A stretch of 59,372 bases of DNA, the filler included, from Sphacelaria rigidula (lineage: Eukaryota), in assembly GCA_964200075.2 (NCBI GenBank). It is 5 parts of 5 records of this genome, joined end to end, with 100 filler letters (N's around TTAATTAATTAA, not from the genome) between each part and the next. Parts side by side here need not be neighbours in the genome. Positions count along the whole stretch, not along the records: positions 1 to 11,795 come from CAXNAA020004485.1; 4 more parts are not named here. One strand, given 5' to 3'. The notes below the pieces were generated by a model, which worked only from the letters and a program-made list of their open reading frames with translations, searched no databases and was not told the DNA's origin. Position numbers and translations under genes: made by a program. Of this stretch, positions 1 to 11,895 are shown in pieces (the first letter of the stretch is position 1; every line of letters starts with the position of its first letter).

Positions 1-589
1 CACGAGGCCCGAGAAGCGCGGGATGCCCATTCTGACCAATTACGGTCGTCAAAATGAGCACGTTCTTCCGGTTTGGGTGGACTACGTTGGACTAATCCAC
101 TGTCTACCCCCACGACTCATCTTGGTCATGCGAAATCAACCATAGATGGGTACAAATAAGTTGTTTTGTATTCTGTCCGTGGTCTACGCCGCCTGCCTGA
201 CCCCTCATGTGCTCCCAGCGTAGCTTCACACTGCCTGTAGTATTGTTGTTGAGCACTAGGCAGAGGCATCAGCAGCATGCAGTGAATTGTGTTCAGTAGA
301 GAGCGATGGCACACTCATACTGTCGCTTGCCGTTGTATCCAGTAAAGACATGAAGCACACATGCACACCGACTTTGCACGCAATTGACTGCAGGGTCAAA
401 ACTGGTCAGGGGTTCTCCGTTACTATTTTCTATATAGATGACAAATATCCACATGTTCATAAAAAGGGCGTTTTGTGTTGTGACAACGGAATGGTTCTGA
501 ACCCCAAAAGTGGCAAAGTCCAAGAGAATTCAAATTCCATTTTTTTTCAGACGTCAGACAGATCACCTCCCTATAGCTCGAGCTAGCTC

Positions 590-926
590 TTTTTGAGCGT
601 AGCTCCCCAGTGAGCTATGAGAGCTGTATGAGCTACGCACGTTTGCGATAGGTGAGCTAACAACCCGTAGCCCATAAGCTCATCTTCGTCCTGGGTGAGC
701 TACCAACTCGTAGCTCATCAGCTCATATTCGCCCTGGGTGAGGTACGAGAGCTGCATGATCTACGCATGTTTGCCCCGCATGAGCTATGAGAGCTGCATG
801 AGCTACACAACATGTTTGCCCTGGATGACCAATGAGAGATGCATGAGCTACATATGTTTGCCCTGGATCAGCTATGAGAGCTAGGTGAGCTGCGAACAAT
901 GGCCCTGGATGAGCTATGAGAGCTAC
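590..926. repeat. Degenerate tandem array of GAGCT-rich palindromic units (TGAGCTAC-N5-8-GTAGCTCA hairpins), block 1
   Basis: Recurring TGAGCTA(C/T), GTAGCTCA and GCCCTGG(G/A)TGAGCTA motifs; near-identical runs recur in block 2. Confidence 0.85.
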
Positions 927-936
927 GATTGTTCAT

Positions 937-1150
937 CCCTTTGACCGCGAGGATAGGAGGTCTCTGAATCGGCATCACTCACACCCGAAAAATAAAGTGA
1001 ATTATGCTGATTGATCAGATCGCCAACCCTCGCGGTCAAAGGGCTAACCCCTTGACGGTGAGCATAACTCATCTGTTGAATCGGCTCCGATTTCAACTGA
1101 AAAACGTATGCATGGCTAGATGGACTCGTACCCTCGCGGCCAACCGATCA
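937..1150. mobile_element. Tandem pair of ~107-bp MITE-like elements with piggyBac-like CCCT termini
   Basis: TIR CCCTTTGACCGCGAGG (937-952) / CCTCGCGGTCAAAGGG (1028-1043), then CTAA and a diverged second copy starting CCCCTTGACGGTGAG at 1048. Confidence 0.55.
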
Positions 1151-1369
1151 AAAGAAATGAATCGGTCGATTATTGTAGACACTGAGTATTGATACTTTTT
1201 TTAACCACGCGACCAAGCGAACGAGGATATGTGTTGGCTTCTTTTCTACCTATCGCGAGGAGTGAGGCAAAACATCATAACCTAACGATATGTGGCGCCA
1301 TCTGTTCGAACAAAAATGTTACATCGTGAGCGACACGGGGTTGACCAGCGGCGAGCTAGGCATATGACG

Positions 1370-1820
1370 TGAGTGAGCCACGACCATGTGTCCCTGCGGT
1401 GAGCTACCGGGCGTAGCTCATCCGCTCGTGTTTTCCCCGGGTGAGCCACGAGGGTTGCGTGAGCTACACATGTTTGCCTTGGGTGAGCTATCGAGCGTAG
1501 CTCATCCGCATATGTTTTCCCTGGGTGAGCTATCAACCCGTAGCTCATCAGCTTATATTCGCCCTGGGTGAGCTGTGGGATCTGTATGAGCTACACACGT
1601 TTGCGATAGGTGAGCTACCAACCCGTAGCTCATCAGCTCAGATTTGTCTTGGGTGAGCTATGAGAGCTACATGAGCTACGCATATTTGTCCTGGGTGAGC
1701 TACCAACTCGTAGCTCATCAGCGCACGTATACCTTGTGTTGAGCTATCGGACGTAGCTCACATGTACATGTTTGGCTACAAGTGAGCTACCGCCCGCAGA
1801 TGAGTTAGTTCACGAGCTGT
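1370..1820. repeat. GAGCT-rich palindromic tandem array, block 2
   Basis: Same units as 590-926, e.g. GTTTGCGATAGGTGAGCTA and CTGGGTGAGCTACCAACTCGTAGCTCATCAG occur in both blocks. Confidence 0.85.
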
Positions 1821-1999
1821 CCTGTTACACGTATGAATTTTTTCCATTGTTCACGGATCGACGCTTTGACGTTGGAGGTGGGGGGGGGGGATGTGGGGTT
1901 GTCCACGATTGTTCGTACTGTACGCTGTAGATCGACAAGTTGTCGCCGTAAGGAGCGGATGACTGCAGCGTCAGAGCGCGAAGTCCCATCGCGTGTGAG

Positions 2000-3134
2000 T
2001 CAAGCACGGCTACTGCGAAGGCGTGAGTCGTAGGGCGGTTGGTCACTGGAATGCGCTATCGACGATTCCTGTGGTGAAGGGAGATCTGAAAATATATTCC
2101 TCACTGCGTCAGCGTGAACCGTAACATTATTACATGCCGAGCGCCGACGTGAAGAAGCATTTGAGGCAGTAGAAATACGGGAGCAACGAGAGGTATGTCT
2201 CGAATCGCTGTCACGGGTGCTCATCAGTCGAGCGGGGGTGGTTATGTTGTGCCGGGGGGAAGGCGGTCGTGACGGTGGGGGTGAAAACCGACGTCCGGTG
2301 CGCGTGGGTGTGATTTGGCGGGGGTGTGCACTGGTGGCTGCTTGCATATCGGATAAAGCCGAAGGAGAGCGGAGCAAGGTATTGCATATCATTTGCGGTG
2401 CTGTGGCTACACTAACGTCTGGTACAGGGACTGGTTCCAGATCTATGCCAGAAGCAGCCGCTGGGGCCGAAGGGGGGTGTCCTATGTGATGCAAAGCAGA
2501 AGTCCAAACATTTGTCAACGAATCATGGCCAGCCGGAGCGGTAAAAGCAGTCGCACATGTTGACGAAGTGTGTGCCGGCGGGGCAGTGCGGGTAATAGTG
2601 CCAGTAGTTGGGGGTCCGGTCGTGGGTGCCACCTGCACAACGGAACGGTCGTGGACTAAAGCTTGTGCGACCAAATCTGTGCTGACAGTAGAGGCAAGGG
2701 ATGGGGTTGGGATCACGGGTGCCACCAGCGTGGTTGGGGGGTGGAACACAGGATGTGTCAAGGGGGGTCCAGTGCTGACGACTGCGTCCGATGAGGTGTA
2801 TTGTACGACGGGTGCCACCAGCGTCGTAGAGGATTGGAGCACAGAGCGTGTCTATGAGGGGTGGTCACGAATGGGGTGATGTGGGGGAGGGTCGGAAGGG
2901 TACGAAAATCCGAGCTGTAGTCGGAATCGGAGCAGGGAAGGGACGATGAGAACTGTTCGGGTGGTTCCGCAAAACCGATGGGTCGAGCAGCGCTCGAGAC
3001 TGGTTTCCGTAAGGCTGAAGAAGAATCAGCATCGGGTGCAGAAAAACTAGAAGAGCCCTTAGTTTGGCTCGGCGTACGACGGAGCGGCTTAGCTCCGTGT
3101 TGGGAGAGGAAGCGATGGTGATACATTGCGACAT
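2000..3134 (-). other. Ser/Thr/Pro-rich low-complexity ORF-like region, possibly a degenerate retroelement ORF1/gag; unidentified
   Basis: Overlapping 280-aa and 240-aa minus-strand ORFs; internal 93-bp imperfect duplication (ACGGGTGCCACCAGCGT at 2715 and 2808); no recognisable domain. Confidence 0.25.
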
Positions 3135-4086
3135 GTGTGAAGCGTATACAGCGTCTGCAAAGCGATACGTTCAGAGAGCCCAGAGCAAGAAGCGAAAGCC
3201 AATACGTGAATTCGAGTTTGTTGATTTTTTCTTGAATCACGAACGTGCGATAGGGCGTGCAATAGCCACAGTACAGGGGCAGGGGGGGTACCACTATGAG
3301 GCAATCACGAAATGTCTGATTGAAACGCAAACTTGAAACCGAAAACTGATGTAAAAATCGGAAGGGCAGCCTGTAATAGTAGTGCAGCCAAGTTGTGTGT
3401 GGGACGATTACAAGCGGTCCGGCGGAACACCCCGCTGAAGGTCGGCGTAGGCAGTAGACAAAGTTCACTGCCAGGGTCAAAACTGAAAAAAAAAAAAAGA
3501 GATTGACTACGAGTGCGCAGTTTCAACGCCGCACACTACTGAAATAGCAGCAAGAAACACTAACAATTCGTCAACCGGGGAGAGAGGCTGTGCTCCGAAG
3601 AAAAAGGAGAGACATGTGAGGGGGAAGGACCAGCGAAATAAAATGATTCCTACAAAACTGTGCAGTACGGCAAAAAGCACAGGGGGAAAATGGAAAGCGT
3701 GTGCAGTAGCGTGGAAATGCCCAGATTCAACTACACCACAGGAAAGTACAACAACAGTGCCGCGTTGAGTGAGCAAGGAGGGTGTGGGGGGCGGTTTGCA
3801 GGAATAGGACCCGATATCGTAATACGGAAACAGCGCCGTGGGTTTCACGGTAACTCCGTGCAAATCTCGCGTTGTGCTCTTGTGTTGTGCTGCACGGAAG
3901 CGGACAGATAGGATAGGGGAGGTGGAGCGGATGTGGGGATATCTGTGAAAACAAAAAGGGGTACCTGTAAAAAAGGAGTGGGCAGATAGATTTGTGGAAA
4001 AATAAAGAGACAGCGAAGTACAGATCCGCAGTCGGCCAGCCGACACAGCAAAAGGTGCGCGAGCCAAAATAGGGTAGAGGGGGGGG

Positions 4087-4155
4087 AGGGGGGCGTACTC
4101 ATTTGTTGTTTGCCTCCAGTCGTGTGACCATTGACTACGCATCCCTTTCGAGATG
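4087..4155 (-). mobile_element. Extremely 5'-truncated LINE family A 3' end with C-tail and 16-bp TSD
   Basis: Matches the LINE 3' end at 25655-25715 and 35787-35850; flanked by AGGGTAGAGGGGGGGG at 4071-4086 and 4156-4171. Confidence 0.8.
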
Positions 4156-5127
4156 AGGGTAGAGGGGGGGGGCGGGTACAAAAGAAGTAGAAGCTGTGCG
4201 TCTGGAAACGCGTGAAAAAGGCGGTTCAGGTGAAGGCGTGCGGCAGAAGAATCGTGCACGGGACGAGCAGCAGAAGACGCGCTGTTGAAGCAACTGCGCA
4301 CGCACCTGTACGTTACTGTGGACTACTGTAAAAATCTATCAAACGGATGAAAAACATTGACTCGCGTAACAAAATTGCAAGACAAAGCTACAGCAAGATG
4401 GGAAAACAACAACCAGAGGGCAGTACAGACAGCTAATAAGCGAGCAGCAACTTCTCTACTCTGGAAAAGGGGAAACAAGCTATCAGGCAAGCAAACACTC
4501 GAAGTCGAACGCCAATTGTGATGAGGTTGTGAAGCATGCACCTCTGTGTGCACGCGGGTCAAGTCGGGTCAAGTTTGACAGTTCCTGCAGGGAACTGTCT
4601 ATCAGTTCGTATCCGAAACAGTTCACACCTTCATAGCTTCACGCAGTAAGCTATATCCACTTGATACAAAACACTCTTGCTCCCTCGTATTCATTATCGC
4701 TCTGTTCGATGCTTTCTCACGTTGCTCACCGCGACTATAGCAATTGCTTAGCTGCTGGCTCCACGTTTGCAAGTAAGCCGGTAGGGCTCACGAGCCGGTG
4801 AAAACCCATGCATATTCCCTTTTGTCAATGTCACACCCGGCCTAGTCAAGCTTGATCAGACCCGCAACTATAAAACCCCAGATTTGATCGTCAACGCCTC
4901 CTAGCTTCATGACAGCATCGCAATGCATCACAATGCCTCACAATGCATCCCTTTCCGGCACCAAAGAGGGAAAAGAGTCGATTCGAGGATGAAATTGGCC
5001 TGTCCCCGGATTTTCGGAAAAAAATTGAGCATTCTTCTCCGTGTTTGGCAACGCCGAACTGACGAACACGTTCATAGAGCTCTATGCTTTCTGATTGTTT
5101 AGAGCTACCCAACCAAGTGGAATTAGT

Positions 5128-5372
5128 TGACACTTTCTACGATAGCCCCCCCATAAAAGTGCATGGTTTTGGAAGGCAATATCTTCCCATAAACCGGAAT
5201 GGGAAAAGCCGAGCAAAACGAGCAGGTGAGAATTCCCACGCTTGGGTTCGTTTTAGCCAATGTTGCCAATATGGCGCTTCATGCGGCCTGAACCCCAGCA
5301 TCAGGCGCTGTATAACCATTTTTTTGTGACACTTTTGGGCTGATTTAAGGGGGGCTATCGTAGAAAGTGTCA
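5128..5372. mobile_element. MITE with 24-bp terminal inverted repeats
   Basis: TGACACTTTCTACGATAGCCCCCC ... GGGGGGCTATCGTAGAAAGTGTCA; a second partial copy lies at 35505-35585. Confidence 0.85.
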
Positions 5373-6429
5373 GTCTCGACATAATCCTCGCAAGAATTTG
5401 GTGTTCGGCGGGTGTGACCGAGTTATTATTGTGCAGATCATGTATTGGACATAGATTTCATACGTAGATTCTCGGGTATGTAGTCAACCAGCCTGGTAGG
5501 AGTCAGTACGGTTCAGTACAAAGTACCAACAGGAACGATCCGGGAACCAGTACTGTAGTCAGTGTTCAGTCTAGCCAGAACGGCTCCGCGGCTCTATATT
5601 GAAAGCTCTATAGTTAAGGTTTAGGGCTGAGATTCAAAGAGACAGAAGGTTCAGAAAGAGCTGTACACCAGCAGGTGACGTCTGAATGAATATGGAAAAG
5701 CACGGCGATGCAGCGCCCCACCCGGGTACGTCGTCTACTCAACCTCTCAAGATCTCTCGTGACAATTGCCTTGCTCCGCTATAAAACGGTGCACTGCGAG
5801 GAAGCGCGCCACGGCCATACCAAACACCTCACAAGTGCACAATAATGAAACACATTTGCTGCCCCCCGCCCCGCCTCCACACACACAATCCTCGCAAAAA
5901 TCGACGATGACTACGAGAACGGCAGACGTGGCTCGCAGACAGCGGCGAGCACGAAACAGAGCAAGCCAAGCAGCGAGAACTTCGCCGAATCTTTCTCGGC
6001 GATGACCTTCCACGCCCTGGTCCCTTGCGGAGTAACACCCACGGCGAAGATATCCACGGATGGCGGGTGTAGGGGCGGGGGGTGGGGGAGGGAGGGGATC
6101 GGGGCACGGTACAAAGTAGTACGTCGAGTATCGTGTGATACGCACAGCACCGGCACCACCTCTAACCGCGGTACTTGCAACACCTCTACAGACAGTGTAG
6201 GGAGGTCCTCGATAAAGAGTAAGTGCCATCAACAGAACACGCCAAGACAAAAACGAGCAGGCAAACGCCAAGTGCTTTGTCGGCGAAGGATGCGGCGAAA
6301 ATAATGTCGTTTCAAACGCAGCATGATTGAGAGCAGACAAACACCACTCCACAGCAATAGCCCCTAGCTCTAGCTCCAGACACATGCGTTGTATCACATA
6401 AACGGAACGGCTCTTGACAGACAGTAAAG

Positions 6430-6946
6430 CACCTGTCTCTTCATTGTTCCATCTGTGGTCGGTTGCTGGCTTCTGCTTGTCCACGTAGTCCTCACAGGCC
6501 GCATAAAACTCCGGCATGCGATCTTCTTCGTCGGCCGCACCACCGTGTCGGCCTTGTAGATGCGGTTACTGCGCTCACTAAGCCGCGGGTGCCCCCGAAG
6601 AAACAAGTCGAGCCATTTTTGACCTGAGCCTACTGTCGGGTCCTATGGCACCGGTCGGTTGTCGCTCTAGAGTGCCATAACCGCCTGTTCCAGGCTATCT
6701 CTATTCAGGCCCGTTGACGAGCCGCGTAAATTTCAGCACATCTCCGATGGAGATTTCTTCCTAACTCGACAGTACAGTACCCAGATCAACCCTGCCAGCT
6801 ATGCCCACGCTACCACTGACACGCTTCTGCAGCGAACCGACGAAGATGCCAAAGGTCTTTGCAGTAGCATCGGAGGTCATGCGACCACTACGTACTGCTT
6901 CTACGGCCTCTGCTGCACGTTCTGGGTCCACCCTTACTCTTTGCAT
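6430..6946 (-). pseudogene. pogo/Tc5(Fot1)-like DDE transposase remnant (HTH_psq and CENP-B-type HTH, start of DDE domain)
   Basis: AVEAVRSGRMTSDATAKTFGIFVGSLQKRVSG..GTVLSS*EEI (psq-type HTH), then WLDLFLRGHPRLSER and EFY...RWNNEETG (compare IWNxDETG); stops and frameshifts present. Confidence 0.7.
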
Positions 6947-8147
6947 GCTTAGCAGCCGATCGAGCAAAAAGCTGATCTTGAAGAAAGACACACACGCGCA
7001 TATCCGCAGTACTGTGGGATAGTGGTTTTTCGTGCTGAATAAGGCATGTGCAGTAGCTAAAAAGAAGCGTCGTGCTCTTGTGCATACGTAGCAAAAAACA
7101 GAATTGGAAACGCTCAATATTCGAGAACTTATGGGCGATGAAAAAACAGGGGTTCCTTGATTGGTACTGTTCCGTAAGAGAGACGTTTACTCTAGTAGGT
7201 CAACTCACGCAGTAGTAGTAGTGGTATACTTTCTTGGAGTCATCTGAGAACATGACGTGGACGTACCAGATACATAATTTCTTTTCCACGATACTCTCGT
7301 AGTTTGAGATCAAAGGAAAAACTGATGAGACACAGCCAGATACTCTTCGATCGCGAGAGTGAGTAGTTGATCCGGAAATACACTCACTTTTTCATTGGAA
7401 GATGATGCAGATCCAACAAATGGGGGATCAGCACTACGGCGTACGAAGGGTTATCAAGCGTCCCTGCCTATATATCTGTCTTCGTTCTCCATGCATGTTC
7501 ACGGCTTTGAATACAACTCCCACTATACAACACCACCCCGTTCAGATCCATTTGCGCGGGAATTCCCAGGGGAATATCATCCCGACAGTTGGGTCGTTTT
7601 TGGTTTCCGTTTACCGAACACGTGGGAGTGCTGGTCCACTACTCGCAAAGAAAATAGCAAGGCACATACCTGAAGAGAGGCAATGATGTCCATCCCTCGA
7701 GACTACGGACACGTTGACAGGTAAAGAACAGGGCGGACTCTAGTCCTGTACAAAAGAAAACACCAACCGCAGACCGCGCGAAGATGTCGAAGAAGTCAAG
7801 TACGTCCAGATCAATCTGCTACGGGGTTTGGGTGGGATTTTATTGAAGACACGGTTTGATGGTAGTGGAGCTCCCTTCGGCGTGTCTCCGCCACCCCCTC
7901 CAAAAAGCAAAAGCTTCCCCGGTGTTTTTTTCGACTCTCGAGTGTTGCAGAGCGCGAAACGCATCAAACACGGGAAATTCCCCTAAAAACGTTTTTCACC
8001 TAGGACCTCAACATGTCGGCTATGTGACGAAAATACGCCGTACGTTGAGTTGGTAGTTATGATATGGATAATGACCGTTGGTGGTGATGATCGGGATAAT
8101 GACCGGGGACACCAGGTTGATACCCTGGCGTGTCTAGATGGGTGCCG

Positions 8148-11100
8148 TGTAAGGTCACTCCCGAAAAATGATATTGTTGTAAAGGCTGACGACTGAAACT
8201 GAGGCCAGTAAGACTGGGGAGTCCCTCAACAGCAGGATTCCAACAGTGCTTCCACTGGCTGGCGTCACAATATCGATATTAGTCCTAGTGCTAGTGTTAG
8301 TGCTAGAAATCTGCTGAAGAGGATTTCGGCGGAGTGAGTCTGGTAGCTGGGGACAACGTGACATCACGGACGCGTGACGGTGGTTCAAGCTGGTGGTGGC
8401 TGCAGGAAGGCGGCTGGCCTGTGATTGATCCAGACTAGAGACTTGCTGAAGCTGCGTGCAACGGGAGTTTGGAGGTTCCTACGACTGTGCGGTGCGGCGA
8501 CGAAGCAAGGAAAGTGCAATTCGCGAAGGTCCGCTGGTCTGCAGAAGTTCGCAGGTGGCCGGTTACAGCTACAGCTATGGCTACCGGCTCACGAGGTACG
8601 TCCACCATGACACCCGTGGTTATGTGGGAAGAATTGCGACCTTCCCAATACAGGGACAGGTACTCAGAGAGTGCATCTCGCACTTTTTACACGAGGTATT
8701 TGGAGTACGAGGAGCGTGTGGAGGTCGCTAATGCAGGGGGTGCCGTGCGGTATCAGGTGGTGACCATGGCTCAACAAGTACCAACTCATGTACAGAGAGT
8801 GTTCGCTCGTTTAGAACATTATGAGAGCACTCTTACCTCGCCGCAATAGGTTGCGGGGATCAAAAAGTATGCTGAGCATGCGGCGGGCGCCGAGGTAGAT
8901 CTGACCCAAGCTTCCGCGGCCGTGGCGAAAGCTGTCGCAATGGATTCTCGGGGGAAAACGATGTTGGAGCGTGTGGAGCCCATCTTGGCCAATTTGGAGA
9001 AGTACTTTACGGAAAATCCGAAAGTAGAACTAGTATATCGTTCCTCCGTTGGTGAGTTTATTCCCGGCCCGGCAGCAGTAAAACTTTTTCCCCCGATGGC
9101 TTTGTTGGAGGGGCTGGCACCGACAAATTTCAGGCGAACCGTGCTTGTCAAGCTGCAGCACCAAACAGATCGAAGGACGACCCGTACCTGGTGATGAGCA
9201 CCGTCGTGGCCGAGGCCAAGGAGTGGGGGAAAATAGAGGTGTTCGGACAGTCGTCCATCTCTTCGCCGAAATCTTTGCGCAAGCATGGCTCGAAATCGGC
9301 TGGTCGCGCCGCGAGTATTACTTGCCAACGCTGTGACTAGGTCGGCCACTACGCGCGCGATTGCCCAACATCTTGCGGTGGAGAGTCTGAGCAGTCTTGT
9401 GCCGCGTGCCGTCAGCATCGTCAGCACAAGGGCAAAAGAATCGTGGTGGCGGCGGCGGATTCTCCGGCGATGGGGGGTCACCGGCGAGCCCTCAGCAGCA
9501 GAAGCAGCAGCAGGGGCAGCGGCGTCAGCATGGGCCTGGCTCTGGGTCCGGCGCCGCCGTAGGTGCTGCTGCTCCGCAGCGGGCGGTGCAGGTGGGCCCG
9601 ACTTCTACAGAGAGTCGAACACTGCGCCGGCACCGGTGGTGGCGCCGGCGGCGACACCAGCAGAAGCGCCAGGCGCGACGCCTACTGACGCGCTGGTTGG
9701 AGGGTCGCCAAATTCTTGGTTTGCTGGCTGGGGGGCGTACCCGCCAGCGGTGCCGTTTGAACCTGCCGGGGCGTCTTCGCATGCGCAGCTTGCGCGGCCG
9801 TGGCCTCAAGTGGGATTAGCGGCGCATAGGTCAGCGGAAGCAGTTCCCGTGGAGCTTGCCGACAGATACATTCCGGCGGAGTTATGTCTTCCGAATCAAC
9901 GGCAGCATGGAGCCATTGTGGTTCGATCTGTGTTAGATTCTGGCGCCCATTTCACTAGTCTGCCGGTGCAAATGGTTGAGATGCTGGGGCGTCAACTCAC
10001 GGGTGTGCCGCTGTGCATCCCGTTTTCGCTCGGGGCGCGGGAGGCAGTCACCGCGTCGGGTCAACATGTTTCAGTCACGGAGCGTACTGTTCCGTTGCAG
10101 CTAGCCTTTAAGACTGCTCGGGGGCTGGCGCTGTTGCTTCCGATCTCGTTTGCGATTATACCAGGGTCGGATGGCGTTGTCCTTCTGGGGCTGCCGACAC
10201 TACAGGATCTAGGAGTCGACCCGTATGAGCGGTTGAAGGACTCCATCAAGACGCGGCTGTCTCCGCCTGGTCCCCACGTGGGGACGGCCGCCTTTTGGGG
10301 CAGTCGTCGCGTGAGCTTGTCGGTGGATACTTTTCAGTACACTGGGAGGCAGGTGACCGAGGAGCGGGATGCGGCGGTGGAACGCTTACTAGAGCGCGGC
10401 CCGGATATGTTCATGGACCGGGCGGAAGAGAAGTCCGCTCGGAAGGTTGCGCTGGAGGAGAGCGTGACGGATGCTGGGACGACAGGCCTCAGCGTCTCAC
10501 AAGCGGAGCGCCTGCGCGGCATATTGCATTGACGCGTCAAGGCGTTTCGTCTTGCGCTGCGGGGTGATCTCCCTGCACGCGTGGAGCCCATGCGTGTTCA
10601 GCTGAAACCTGAGACGTCCGCGGCGAAGACGAAGCCGCGGCGGTACGATCCAGTGAAGTCGAGTTGGTTGGCATTGTGCATGGCGGCTCTTTTGGCGCTC
10701 CGGTTGGTGTTACAGAATTTGCAGGCGAGGTGGTCCAGTCCAGATATGACGTTTCAGACAGAAGAAGGCTGCATCGTGGACGGAGGGCAGGCTGCAGGCG
10801 TGGGCGGCAGCGAAGGATCTGCGGGCTCATACTGTAACGCTGTTCCATCCTCGCCCTGATTGTCAGGTGTTAATGTTTCCGAATGCATTTGAGTGCCATT
10901 GGGGTAGTTTGGTCATGCAGGTGCCTACAGTTGAAATTCAAATTCATGTGCGCGCTGTGGCTGTGTATGGTCCGTGTGAACCTGATTACTCGAAGCCGTC
11001 CAAATCTGTTGTCCGCCAAGAGCAGCGAAAAGATCTTGGGGCCGAAGATGCGTACGTGCAATCTTTCGAGTCGGACGTTGGCACTACTATCTTGGAAAAT

Positions 11101-11795
11101 CAAGGTTTGTTTCGTGTGCATGTGCGTCGTTGAAACGTTTTGTGGATTCCGAGCTCTGACGAGCAGTTGTTGCAAGTACGTATGATGATTTGCGCGCACA
11201 TGCGCGACGCTGGGCATCATGGTTTGGCTGCGACGCTCAGGCGCTTGCAAGAGTTTTGTGTCTGGCAGGGGATAGAAACTCATGTGCGCGAATTTTTCCG
11301 CGAGTGTCTTTACTGTGCTGACTCGAGGGCGGGCGACGTTGTTCCCCGCCCGCTCGGCGAAACGGTCCATGGGACCACGCCGAATGAAGTCGTCCATTTT
11401 GGCTTCTTATGCGTGGGCGAGAGTGGCCCGCTAGCTTCTCAAGGTCTGTCGAAGGATGCTGGGTTTCGTTACATTTTGGTAATCATGGATGATTTGAGCA
11501 ACTTCGTGGCTCTGACCCCAGTAGCAGTGTGTACTACTGAAATGACCGCTGTATCTTCGCTGAATTGGTGCAAACCTTTGGGGGTGCTGCGTGTGTGGGT
11601 GAGTGATACCGCCACACATTTCAAGAATGCAATCTTGGCCCGATTGCGAGAGGCTTTCCGCGTTGATCACCAGTTTGCGGCGGCGTATTCTCCGTGGTCA
11701 AACGGTACGTGCGAACGCATGGTCAAGGAAGTAGTTCGTGCTCTTCGCTCTATTCTTCTCGAGCAGCGTAGAGCGGTTTCCGAGTGGGTGGACGT
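8148..11795 (+). mobile_element. Degenerate Ty3/gypsy LTR retrotransposon (gag-PR-[RT/RH largely deleted]-INT), truncated by contig end
   Basis: gag fragments from ~8607; CCHC knuckle CQRCD*VGHYARDC (9323-9364); protease VLDSGA (~9930); RT N-terminus PRRYDP..WSSP (~10630-10745); integrase HHCC (AHMRDAGH..CLYC) and rve core (VSDTATHF, YSPWSNGTCERM) at 11140-11795. Candidate LTR TGTAAG..GTGACA at 8148-8363 is low confidence. Confidence 0.9.
11140..11795 (+). pseudogene. Gypsy integrase (zinc-binding and catalytic core); first catalytic Asp apparently replaced (HFGFL)
   Basis: ORF 11140..11847 translation with H-H-C-C and D..E motifs. Confidence 0.88.
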
Positions 11796-11895
11796 NNNNN
11801 NNNNNNNNNNNNNNNNNNNNNNNNNNNNNNNNNNNNNNNTTAATTAATTAANNNNNNNNNNNNNNNNNNNNNNNNNNNNNNNNNNNNNNNNNNNN
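11796..11895. other. Artificial contig linker N44-TTAATTAATTAA-N44
   Basis: Six-frame stop linker; identical at four positions. Confidence 0.98.

Noticed and set aside
126-560. hAT transposase C-terminus (NGEPLTSFDP)
   Set aside because: Single short motif with no supporting flanking conservation.
590-1820. CRISPR-like array
   Set aside because: No unique spacers of constant length; the intervening sequences are themselves repeated; eukaryotic context with no cas genes.
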